A stretch of DNA of 63,469 nt, counting the filler, from Collodictyon triciliatum (Eukaryota): assembly GCA_043381765.1 (NCBI GenBank). It is 33 parts of 33 records of this genome, joined end to end, with 100 filler letters (N's around TTAATTAATTAA, not from the genome) between each part and the next. Parts side by side here need not be neighbours in the genome. Positions count along the whole stretch, not along the records: positions 52,041 to 53,864 come from JBHJMP010010133.1; positions 53,965 to 55,786 come from JBHJMP010010134.1; positions 55,887 to 57,707 come from JBHJMP010010135.1; positions 57,808 to 59,628 come from JBHJMP010010136.1; positions 59,729 to 61,549 come from JBHJMP010010137.1; positions 61,650 to 63,469 come from JBHJMP010010138.1; 27 more parts are not named here. One strand, 5' to 3'. This document shows, piece by piece, positions 52,306-63,469 of this stretch; position 1 is the stretch's first letter, and every line of letters begins with the position of its first letter. The notes beneath the pieces are model-generated. The model was not told the DNA's origin and ran no database searches. It was given only the letters and a program-made list of their open reading frames with translations. Both the position numbers and the translations under genes were made by a program.

Positions 52306-53760
52306 CTTGTCATATCGGAAGAGTTAGGAGAAAAAGGATCCGAAGTCCTATTTACACTCCTTCATACATACCCATACCTTATGACCTTGTGTTTGTGGCG
52401 CATTCACTGCGGAGACCGAGGTGCAGCAGCATTGGTATACATGAGTTCATAAGTTCCGAACATAGCTTGACACTTGTTACAACATTAAAGTGTAATTGGA
52501 TTCGTCAAACTCTATTATTTTTTTCATTTTCCTCCAAAGCGATTTAATATGCTCTCAGCTTTTTCATTTGTCAAGGGTTCAAAACCTAATGTTAATGATT
52601 TCATGTTATCTTTTCGATAATTTAATGATTGGCTTTATGAAACATCATCCCAGGCGAATTACCTTTGTTTAAATCCCCTCCTTTCCCACCTGGAAATGAT
52701 GGATTGTCACGTAACTGAAGCATCTTGTGATTCACTTGGTCGAGCATTCCGGTTGAATACGCACATAAAAACTCTGATGCTTGACCATAACACTGTATGG
52801 CCTCTCTTTGTATCTTTTTTTTTTTTTTTTGCATAAACCTGGAAACAAATATTTATTGCATGCGTATATATACGAGTGAATTTAATTTTCATGTTCAACA
52901 CACATAAACCAATCATCGACAAGGTACTGACAAATTTATTACACAGATATCAGATGACGGTATTGTATCGTTATTCGACAACGGGTTGAAATACAACAAA
53001 ACACTCTGCCATTTAAAACTTAAGGTAAATTTGAGCTCTGTGAGGGGTAAATAATCATAAAAATTTTCAAGGGGAGTATGAGAACAATAATAATTTATTA
53101 TTTTGCATAATAGTTTTGTGGCATCGGAGACCACGGAGCTAGAGCCATAGCAGAGTATCTCGTTTCGGGTTCTACTCTGCAGTAAAATAAGATTCTCTAT
53201 TAAGATTATGAAGAAACCTGACGAAAAATGCATAAACCAGAGCCTTACGCATAACTGCTTACAGTAATGTATTTATACAATCCAGAGAGTTGGACCTTCA
53301 AGGCAATAAAATATCATCTCGAGGAATTGTTGTTATCGCGGAGGCCTTGAAAATATCTACAACACTCACGCACCTGAATCTGGCCTTTAACGAATTCGGT
53401 GTTGATGGAATGGCTTGGAAGACTTTATTGGAGGGTGTCCAAATGAGTCCCTCATTGAAAAGTCTGGACGTCAACAATAACACAATCACAGACGAAGTTG
53501 GGTCCATGATTCTTGAGCTGCTTCAAAGTAAAGAAAAAAAATACATTTCAAGTTAATATATTTACATGCCTGGAGTTTATTGTGAATTTCTCTCACATTG
53601 TTTTTTTTAAATGTACAATTATTGACGAAATGAAATATGAATGGAATAAATTTTAGACAAGGAAAGCTTGAAAACTGTCATTGTTTCAGACCGTGTATCA
53701 GTTCCCATCTACCGTGATATCATCCGGCTCGTTGAGACGAGAAATACCGTAAAGAGAAAG
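52306..53760 (+). CDS. RNI-like (28-aa) leucine-rich-repeat protein fragment, multi-exon
   Basis: LGEKGSEVL...LMTLCLWRIHCGDRGAAAL; ELDLQGNKISSRGIVVIAEALKISTTLTHLNLAFNEFG...LKSLDVNNNTITDEVG. Confidence 0.75.
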
Positions 53761-55263
53761 GTTTTGTTTTGTTTTGTTTTGTTTTGTTTTGTTTTGTTTT
53801 GTTTTGTTTTGTTTTGTTTTGTTTTGTTTTGTTTTGTTTTGTTTTGTTTTGTTTTGTTTTGTTTNNNNNNNNNNNNNNNNNNNNNNNNNNNNNNNNNNNN
53901 NNNNNNNNTTAATTAATTAANNNNNNNNNNNNNNNNNNNNNNNNNNNNNNNNNNNNNNNNNNNNTGTTTTGTTGTTTTGTTGTTTTGTTGTTTTGTTGTT
54001 TTGTTGTTTTGTTGTTTTGTTGTTTTGTTGTTTTGTTGTTTTGTTGTTTTGTTGTTTTGTTTTGTTTTGCCTCTTTTTTCTCTTTTTCTCTCTCTCCCTC
54101 CCACTCGGAAGAACAACATCGAAGACCGATTCCAACAGAAAAACCACGCCCGCCTTCGTCCCTTCTCAGCCGCAACCGACTCTATCTTTGCCCGCGGTTT
54201 GCTTTGCGGTCCGATCAAACGGGGCGGATGTTTTGGCGATGCGCAGAAACAAATACGCAATGTTCTGTTCTTTGTTCAGAGACAAAACCAACCCACACAA
54301 AACCAAAACCGCACTCGTCTGGTGGGTAACGGAAAATCGCACACAATTCGCATAGGGAAGAAGCAAGAAATCAAATAGATCAAAGGCAAAATGAAGCAAA
54401 GAGTGATGGTTGTGGATTGGCAGAGGATTCAGTCGGATTGTCTATTATTGGAATAAAACACACGTCGATTATCTATTACGAGGCAAAGAGAAGATTTTCA
54501 ATGAAACTATACCTAATCCAATGTGTAATCGGAGATTCAGCCCAGAAAAGTCGGCATATTGACATACTCTTCATACAAATGTGGAGTTTATTATAAATAA
54601 TCAATTTTGGTTCGCTAGTATCTTATTTTGCTTCATAATAAGATGTTGCGCGCACACAACAGTCAATATGAATCTAATAAAATATCAGAACTGCCATAAT
54701 TGTTCTTATTCATGTAAGTGGATGAATCAGAGGCACATGTGATGAAGGTACGTGCGGTTATGGGAAGCGTTTGAAGTTTATCCTTTCATCAGCCCGATCA
54801 GATCAGATCAGATCAGATCAGATCACACCATAATCAAAACCACAAACGCCTTTGTCGCAGAAGAGAAGAAAGTTTCCGTACGGTGCATTCCGAACAGCCC
54901 CATGAGGTCGTTGCCTTTTACCGCCGCTCTCTATATCTCAATCTGACCATTCAAAGATTGCTTCGTGAAATCCTTTTCCTGCGCTCCTTCGGCAAACTCA
55001 CGGATTCTCTCTATCCACTGACAAAGCGCCTTCCGACATAGATATTTATGAACTTATTGCCTCTTACCCCATCTCTTTCTTTCTCTCTTTCTGTCCTTTG
55101 TTTCTTTGTTTCTGTCCTTCTGTCCTTCTCTCCTATTCAACCGGTTAACTCATCATATTTTCAGGAAAGCTCAAAGAATCGGAGCCTAAAAGTATAAGGG
55201 AAGAGAATAAAGACGGAATAAAGACGGAAAAACAAGAACAGGGAAAGAAAAAAAGACAGAAAA

Positions 55264-55450
55264 ATGCAGAACACGACGCCCAAAGCAGCATCGTCAAGCG
55301 GTTTCTCAAACCGCCTTCTTCTCCTACTCGTGCTTGTTGTCCTTATCCCGTCACTATTCTTCAACCTGGCTTTCATGTCACGCTTTGAAAAGGGCGGCGT
55401 AACACAGTCGCAAGTGGACGATCCTCTGAAACACCCGAAACCAGCCGTTG
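55264..55450 (+). CDS. First exon of a probable type II membrane protein of unknown function
   Basis: MQNTTPK...RLLLLLVLVVLIPSLFFNLAFM signal anchor followed by a GTGAGT donor. Confidence 0.4.
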
Positions 55451-55666
55451 TGAGTCATTTGCATTCCGTACAATATCCTATATGTGTTTTGGCTTTGCAA
55501 TCTGGTTAATTATGTGCGTGCCCAGGCAGATACAGATCTTGATGAAAAGCCGAAGGAATACAAAAAAGTCCCCATTATCCCTGTATGATCCATTTCACAC
55601 CCCTATGATATCAGAAATGTTTTTTCTTGGTCTTGCCTTTGCAATCTTTATATTTACCCATACGCA

Positions 55667-55786
<120 letters not shown>

Positions 55787-55886
55787 NNNNNNNNNNNNNN
55801 NNNNNNNNNNNNNNNNNNNNNNNNNNNNNNTTAATTAATTAANNNNNNNNNNNNNNNNNNNNNNNNNNNNNNNNNNNNNNNNNNNN

Positions 55887-56050
55887 TGTCCCGCTTACTT
55901 GATATTCCATGTACTCTTTGTTGACAACCCAGATGTTTGTGTCGATGTTCCTTCCGTTCATGAAGCCAATCTGCTCTTTGGATATGAGTTTGTCAGTGAT
56001 GGGTGATATACGATTTCTGAGTAGCGTCTTAAATATCTTGTCTTCACTGA
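55887..56050 (-). mobile_element. Non-LTR retrotransposon reverse-transcriptase fragment
   Basis: EDKIFKTLLRNRISPITDKLISKEQIGFMNGRNIDTNI fits the L1-type D.KI....L.NR......I...Q.GF..GR...NI RT motif; runs into the gap. Confidence 0.8.
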
Positions 56051-56278
56051 AGAAAAAAATTGAAAAAAAAAAAATAAGAGGCATGCATCGGTACCAAATC
56101 CACGAGTTTTAATTGGTTTTTACATCAATGAGACATATGCCCGAAAATTCAAGCCACATAGCTATATTGAAGATGATCTATTGTAAAGACTTTATTTCGG
56201 TGATGGGTTCTGGTATAAGATATATATTTTGTGGGACCAAAAGGATAAAGAGGCATTCTCTGAAAAAATTAAGATTTC

Positions 56279-57550
56279 TTATGCGACGTTATCAGGTAGG
56301 TGATTAGATGGAACGTAAAATGGAGAGCGCTTGCAAAGTGGGCATGTAGGGTTTCGAACAAGCCAATCTTCGATGCAGCCTCTATGAAAGTGGTGTTGAC
56401 ATTGAAGCGTAACCAGTTCTATGCCATAATCATATTCCGCCAGACATACGACACAGCTAATTATATACATACATATTTAAAAGAAGCACATGATTATACG
56501 AATATTCCTGAAATCTAATCAAATTCACACGTGTTATCCTGCAGTTGTGAGCGCATTCTTTCATCATATATCGATGAGGGGAGCATTTCCAGCTGCAGCC
56601 GGGTCAATCCAACAGGGTTACGTTGGTTCTAGGGGAGCAAATATCATTAATTTAAAAGCAAGTGAGTAGAAGTTAGCCTGATGCCTGATATATAGCTAAG
56701 GGGATTCTTTCTATTTTTCTATATAAATCCATTGTGATATGATGTTATATCATAGCTCACACTCGTAGGAGTAGGACCCTCGGGATTGAAATTAAAAAGG
56801 GTGTCATTTGCATTTTGGTGCTGGAAATTACTATCTGGGGTCAAGAATACCACTTTGAAAGCTGCAAATCCGATGATAGAAACATAATTGTAAGAAAATA
56901 TCCCGATTATGTAGTAGTAAAGTGATGGAGACAGCGCCCTCTATAACATCGTCTCATTTAGTATGTAGTTCATGTTTTCAAGATACGTAAAACGTAAGCA
57001 AATCCATTAATAGACTAAAAAAATGTATCACACAAAAGTTTTTATTTTAATTCGTAGATATACAATCCAAAGGCACACTCTTACGCATTCTGGAGAAGAA
57101 AAGATAACAAGGCTGCCATACAGAACCCAGGAGAAGGTAATAGTTTGAGTAACATTCAACGACTTGCGAGCCAAACGCCGGTCTTCAAGCTCCTCAAAAC
57201 TCAGTTCGACCACCGGTCTCAAGTTGAAGATGACCTTCATTAGTCTAACTTGGACATATATGGAGATCATATCCAATACAGACATGATAATCAGCCAGCG
57301 TTGCATGTTTATTCGGCAAGTCTTGTCCCACGAAAACCACAGGATGATGCCGTCAGCAACAAAGCGCAGGACATGGAGGGCGACCCAAGTCGCACGTGTG
57401 GAGGCTTTTGAGAAGAAAAGATCCCAGTCCATGAGCGACCTGTCTTTTGGTTTGAATAAGCTTCCTTTGGGGACTTTCAACCCTTGATCTTGGCAAGGAA
57501 AAACTACGAAGGCAAAAAAGTCTTCCTTTCGGTCGATTATTCACAAAACA
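56279..57550 (-). CDS. Transmembrane RING-H2 E3 ubiquitin ligase, multi-exon, 5' end uncertain
   Basis: TM exon (WDKTCRINMQRWLII...SWVLYGSLVIFSSPEC) and C-terminal CVVCLAEY...LQCQHHFHRGCIEDWLVRNPTCPLCK. Confidence 0.88.
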
Positions 57551-59577
57551 GTAAGAAAAAAGGAGAATAGAAGAAAAAAAAAAGGAAAGAAAAAGAAAAT
57601 AACAAAAGAAAGTAGAAAAGAAAATAGAAAAGAAAATAGAAAAGAAAATAGAAAAGAAAATAGAAAAGAAAATAGAAAAGAAAATAGAAAAGAAAATAGA
57701 AAAGAAANNNNNNNNNNNNNNNNNNNNNNNNNNNNNNNNNNNNNNNNNNNNTTAATTAATTAANNNNNNNNNNNNNNNNNNNNNNNNNNNNNNNNNNNNN
57801 NNNNNNNATGTATGTATGTATGTATGTATGTATGTATGTATGTATGTATGTATGTATGTATGTATGTATGTATGTATGTATGTATGTATGTATGTATGTA
57901 TGTATGTATGTTATTGGCGCTTTATGTTTGGTTTATTTTGGTCTGTTGTTACTATTGCATGTGGGCTGATAAAGAAAAAAATAATTCGTGGCACAATAGG
58001 CAATAGTAATGGCAAAACAGTGGCTCACGCAGAAAACTCCACTTCGTTGTATTTCGCAGCCGAGCGGTCCACATCAGCGCCCCAGTGCGGCCGTCCGATC
58101 AGATTGGAAGTGCTCTGTATGCGAAACGGGCCTTTCCCTCCGCCTTGTTTGCTTTCTGGCTGCATATGCCCTGCGCGACTATTTCCTTCTTATTACTCAG
58201 TATGCGGCAACTCGGGTGTATTGCGCGGCCTCCATTCGATTCCGCCACCCGCGAGGTGCGCCTTTCTTTGTTAGGGATGCAGGCGCCCAGTGATTATGCG
58301 TTCGTGTGTTTGGCTAATTTTAATTCGCTCAGAATAGGAAATTAATCCAGATGAGGAAGTATTCGTTTAGAAAGGCTGCGAGATTGTTCTCCGTTTTTGT
58401 TTTATTGAGAATAGCTTTTCATCTTTTCATGCATTTGCTCACGCCAGAAGAATTTTATTCTTATTTCCTTGTCTTCGTTGCCTTGGTGGCCAGTTTGCAA
58501 AGCTGTGCAATGCCGAAGGATACGCTCTCAACATCTCATCAGATGATGATGCGGGGTGGAGGGGAAATCTTGTGTGTGCGCATGTAGGAAAGGAACTGGG
58601 CAGCGATTGAGACAATTATGCGATTATTGGGATGAAGAAAAAAAAAAGTATTAGGGTGTCTCTGTTGGCGGATAAAGGCGAAGTGCAGAAATGTTATAAA
58701 TTATGAAGAGGCTGACCTGGCCGGGGATTTCGGCAAGTGTATACGCTGCGAGTGCTCCAGGGTCGCTCAAAGGCATTTCACGAAGCGGAACGAACTAATT
58801 GTTGTGGCATTTAGTATGGCTGATGGTATTCGCTTCATTCTTTTAAACACGGCGTACATTTAAAGCCTACACTGATATAGCGAACGAGGCTATAAAACCA
58901 AAAAAAAAAAAAAAATGAAGGGGAAGAAAACGGAATAAAAAGAAGTGAAAAGAAATTGATATAATTACTTGGACGATATCACGAGAGGCGGCAACCCCAC
59001 GCGAATTGACAAGACCTTTTTCATCTCCATCCAAAGTATTCATATTGGCAAAGTCTGCACTACCAATACTGCGAAGATTGTGCATCATATAGGGGAGGGA
59101 GGTGAGTGTTACTATTTGCGCTGAAAAAAAAAAAAGCATAATCCAGTCAGCCAAGAACATCAATACCCTGTAATGATAATGGAGATAGGAAGAGTGGAGG
59201 CATCCACGATGGCGTCTATCGTCCTGTCCATGTCTATGGAAAAAAGCAGTGTTAGTGACTTTTCCTTCATTATTTTTTATTTATGTAGGTATTCAATTTT
59301 CAACTATTTATTATTATGGTAGCTGTGAGTGTAAACCTGTAATTTCGCCATCAGTGAGAATCTGTTCAATTTAGAGATGAATCATCAAATGAATTAAGTA
59401 TTTCCAAATAATGGGCAAATAAATCTGACAAAAGATATTCGCAATTACCAGGAGGATGAAATATTTCAGCTCTTCACGAGACAGAGATTCCCGGGCGAGT
59501 TGTGAAACGTACGATATTACCTAGAACAATTGTAGAATATTCGTACCGCTCGATCAACAATAGACAAGATATAGCTC

Positions 59578-59628
<51 letters not shown>

Positions 59629-61293
59629 NNNNNNNNNNNNNNNNNNNNNNNNNNNNNNNNNNNNNNNNNNNNTTAATTAATTAANNNNNNNNNNNNNNNN
59701 NNNNNNNNNNNNNNNNNNNNNNNNNNNNACCTATATCAGAAAGTCAGAAGACTTGATCGAGAATGGGGTAGTCTATCAAAAGCTGGCAAATAAAAATAAA
59801 ATGAAAGAAACAAGAACGGGCCAAAGATGAGTCCCTTCAGCAAAACTTCATGTGATCGGCTCTAGGCTTGCCCAGCATAATCCCTGGGTTATGTTGCGCA
59901 CGAACCGACCAAAACTCAAAACCCATGAAAACTTATCTACATACCCAAAGAACAATAAATTCGACTATTCCTCCTTCCTGCAAAGGTTTTAGGGCCCTTA
60001 TCATTACAAATATTCGCAAGCCAAGGAGAGCTGGGGTCTTCCGGATTTCCGAGCCTTTCTGTTGCAAAGCATTGTTGGCCATGCATCCACACTATATGAA
60101 ATATCCTTGATTCTATTTTTATTTTTTATCGAAGCTTTAGCTGACTATTCATTTTGTTGTTACTAAGAATTTTAAGTGAATTCTATTCCAATCTCATGCG
60201 GTCTGTGATGCTTTCTAGGAGCTTCGGGGCGATTGAATCTCTGGTTGCTCTGCCCACAGTAAGATCACTTCGATGGAGATCCTTCAAACATAGACTTTAA
60301 GAACGTCTCTTAGATCTTGGATTTGCTTTCAGGTTGGTTTTTGATCTGTTTGCTTTTCTCTTCTCAACTCGACCTTTTTCATGGGATTGGCCTATTGGTG
60401 GAAAAAAATAAATCCCTCGTTTATACATATTTTCCTTTATTCGATACAAGTGAATGATGGGGGTTTTAAAAAATTTTTACAGGACGCCGTGGTTGTTGCA
60501 TGTTGGTTGAAAGCAGTGACACGTGTCGGTTAAGAAGTTCAGGCCAGCAGCGTATGGAATCTGGATTTTTGGCTCATCAATATGCAACTGATAGGGTCGA
60601 GAATAGTTGCAACCTTTAAGAGGTGCGACTACCAAGGGCTCTGACTTCAATTTGATCGGAGGCCAAATTCTCCCTGGGGCGAAAGTGCACGCGACTACCC
60701 CGCTCTCCTTTACTGTCAGATTCCTTATATTCGTTCATTCTATTCGACTCCAAATTCAATACCATTGACTTATATATGTCTAGTATGTAACAGATAAAGT
60801 ATAACAGCCGGCAAACCAGCATAACTTCTTCAGCATAGGCATTAGCGGAACCGGCAAGAATATTGTAAAATTATTTTTGCAGACTCTGAAGAAATATACC
60901 ATTATTTATTTTTTGAATTAGCAACTACAGTATTACTCAAAATTTTGGAAACATAAATAATGAATTATCCATTCTAATAGTCGGAAGATAGTCGTCCGTT
61001 CAACTTTACTCTTTGAAACTCAAAATCATACTTTAATCAACCAGATTCAGGTATGACACATATTTGGGAAAATTTCTACAGGTATTTTTATGACTAAATA
61101 AACGGTAGATTCTGATTCTCTGCTATCTTGGTTAATTTTTACGTTTACTTTTCATAGGCCATAGATGATATTGAATGATGTATGAATTAAAAATAGCCTA
61201 GTTGGAAAAAATCAATCATAAGTTAATTTAACGTCATTAGAGAGTTTCATGGAAATAAAAAATATTTATGTAAGTAATACACCAATTTCGACT

Positions 61294-61474
61294 ATTTTTT
61301 ATTCTTCCATTCCATTTTGTGCAGGACGGTGGAGATGTTGGCTTTGGTTCGCTAGTCATCGTTTGCATGGACGCTACTTGGTGGTCGGGTGGCGAGAAGT
61401 AATCGGTACTCAGGAATTGCATCCTGTGGTTTGGCCTGTAGCCTGGGTCTTGTGCTTGCATAAGGAAGACCAGG
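61294..61474 (-). mobile_element. 181-bp 5'-truncated copy of the same LINE, with an imperfect 15-bp target-site duplication
   Basis: Encodes MQAQDPGYRPNHRMQFL, identical to 47869 onward; flanks ACACCAATTTCGACT (61279-61293) and ACACAAATTTCAACT (61475-61489). Confidence 0.88.
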
Positions 61475-61679
61475 ACACAAATTTCAACTCTTTAAATATT
61501 TTGATTATTTCTCAGGATGAATTTAAAAAACCGTTTATAATAGCACTTGNNNNNNNNNNNNNNNNNNNNNNNNNNNNNNNNNNNNNNNNNNNNTTAATTA
61601 ATTAANNNNNNNNNNNNNNNNNNNNNNNNNNNNNNNNNNNNNNNNNNNNTTTTGATTTCACGAGACTTACGGTTTTCGT

Positions 61680-62575
61680 ATCCGGGCATAGTGCAGAGCC
61701 TTTGCGGTTCTTTTGTGCGTTAGGCTTCGTCTACGTTCGGCATAGTGGAGAGCCTTCGAGGTCTTGTGTGAAGCAGACTGCGTCGTATTCCGGCATAGTG
61801 GAGATCCTTTGTGGGTCTTGGGCGAAGCAGACCTCGTCACAGTCCGGCATAGTGGAGATCCTTCGCGGGTATTATGTGAAGCAGACTTCGTCGACGTTCG
61901 GCATAGTGCAGAGCCTATGTGGGTCTTGAGAGAAGCAGACTTCGTCGTATTCCGGCATAGTGAAGAGCCTTCGTGGGTATTATGTGAAGCAGACTTCGTC
62001 ATATTCCGGCATAGTGAAGAGCCTTCGAGGTATTATGTGAAGCAGACGTCGTCGACGTTCGGCATAGTGCAGAGCCTTTGCGTGTCTTGTGTGAAGCAGA
62101 CTTCGTCATATTCCGGCATAGTGAAGAGCCTTCGTGGGTATTATGTGAAGCAGACCTCGTCATATTCCGGCATAGTGCAGAGCCTTCGCGGGTATTATGT
62201 GAAGCAGACTTCATCATATTCCGGCATAGTGCAGAGCCTTTGCGTGTCTTGTGTGAAGCAGACTTCGTCATATTCCGGCATAGTGAAGAGCCTTCGAGGT
62301 ATTATGTGAAGCAGACGTCGTCGACGTTCGGCATAGCGCAGAGCCTTTGCGTGTCTTGTGTGGAGCAGACCTCGTCATATTCCGGCATAGTGAAGAGCCT
62401 TCGTGGGTATTGTGTGAGTGAAGCAGACTTCGTCGACGTTCGGCATAGTGCAGAGCCTTTGCGGGTCTTGTGTGAAGCAGACTTCGTCGACGTTCGGCAT
62501 AGTGGAGAGCCTTCGTGGGTCTTGTGTGAGGCAGACTTCGTCGACGTTCGGCATAGTGGAGATCCTTTGCGGTTA
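61680..62575. repeat. Tandem array of 17 units of ~54 bp (unit like GTGAAGCAGACTTCGTCGACGTTCGGCATAGTGCAGAGCCTTTGCGGGTCTTGT)
   Basis: GGCATAG anchor recurs from ~61685 to 62549, mostly at 54-nt spacing, with three 53-nt units and one 58-nt unit. Confidence 0.95.
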
Positions 62576-63469
62576 TCGGCCCTCATGTGTGCATGTGTGT
62601 GTACGTGTGTGAGCGTGCTCGTGCGTGCAGGTGTGCCCGTGAGTCCACGTTGCGTTGCTTGTGCGAGTGGTTGCGTGTTTCAGACGACAGTTGCAGGTCG
62701 ACTCGATATTCGACACTGCTTGGCGACCGACCGGCTGTGGAAAAAAATTGGGTCACGCGTGCTAAGCGAGCGGTTGCCGAAGCCGCCCGCCTTTAATGAG
62801 GACGGAATGAAAGGGTACGAAACTTGAATAAACGGATAACTCTGATCACCCAGGCTTAGCGTTACCGAAGTTTGCATACAGCCTTATCCCGGCACTTAAT
62901 GTACAAAGGCGTTGCCCGAATGAGGGGCAGTTTGTACGTGGGTCCAGCAAGGGTTGCCTGGTAGCAGTGCCTAGATGAGGGATTGGAAAGGGATTCGGGT
63001 CAGATTGGTTTCGATGCATAGATTCGATGTGATTGATAGATGATTCATTATTGTTGTGAAAAAAATTGGATCATAGATTGCATCTATTGATGAAATAAAG
63101 GAAAGAAATATTTTATTTTCCACATATATGAATTCGATGTGGAAGTTGCCTTATCGTATAAGGAAGAAATGAGTTAAATAAAATATATTTATATTAATAC
63201 TTGATTCGTTTATTGTTGGTTTATTATAAAGCAGAATGCCAAAATAGGAAATTCGACAAAGAGAGCGAAGATAGGTGCGGACAAGATATTTGAGGGCAGA
63301 GTATGCATATGAGGGCATGCCTGTTGGGTGCGTTGTATCCCACATTAGGTTCTACTGCCAGGAGCCGTGCTGAAGCCACGAAGCCGCCCCCACCGAGTCG
63401 GGATACGGCACTACGTATAACGGTGGGAAAAACCTCGCCAGTTTACGTAGTGGTTCCCTTTTGTGGTTC

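Noticed and set aside
61680-62575. CRISPR array or 18-aa repeat protein
   Set aside because: No unique spacers, since the variable blocks are recurring alleles; no cas genes; 53- and 58-nt units shift the frame.
62790-62825. Hammerhead-ribozyme-like TTAATGAG...GAAAC
   Set aside because: The core departs from CUGAUGA and I could not build convincing stems I-III.

Overview
This window is not one locus. It is 33 short contigs of about 1.82-1.83 kb, roughly sorted by length and joined by 100-nt artificial spacers (44 N + TTAATTAATTAA + 44 N), so nothing is linked across a spacer. The DNA is from an AT-rich, microsatellite-dense eukaryote, probably a protist, with GT-AG introns and apparently the standard code. 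Most of the ORF track is simple-repeat noise. Host gene fragments include a STE20/OSR1-type kinase, an SLC12 cotransporter, LRR proteins, RTF2, a formin FH2 domain, an intron-containing dCTP deaminase, a TLC-domain protein, a NEK kinase and a RING-H2 ligase. The mobilome is the most interesting part. (1) A degenerate Fanzor1-type gene (TnpB-derived eukaryotic RNA-guided nuclease) fills contig 21245-23073, with a sense-strand hairpin at its 3' end that may start an omega-RNA. (2) Three intron-less contigs come from Polinton-like virus(es): two divergent but homologous major capsid genes, a minor-capsid plus fibre gene pair, and an iteron-like repeat cluster. (3) One L1/Tx1-like LINE family has several 5'-truncated copies, one with a perfect 16-bp target-site duplication. 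(4) There is a 17-unit 54-bp tandem array. All family calls come from motif recognition by eye; no database search was run.
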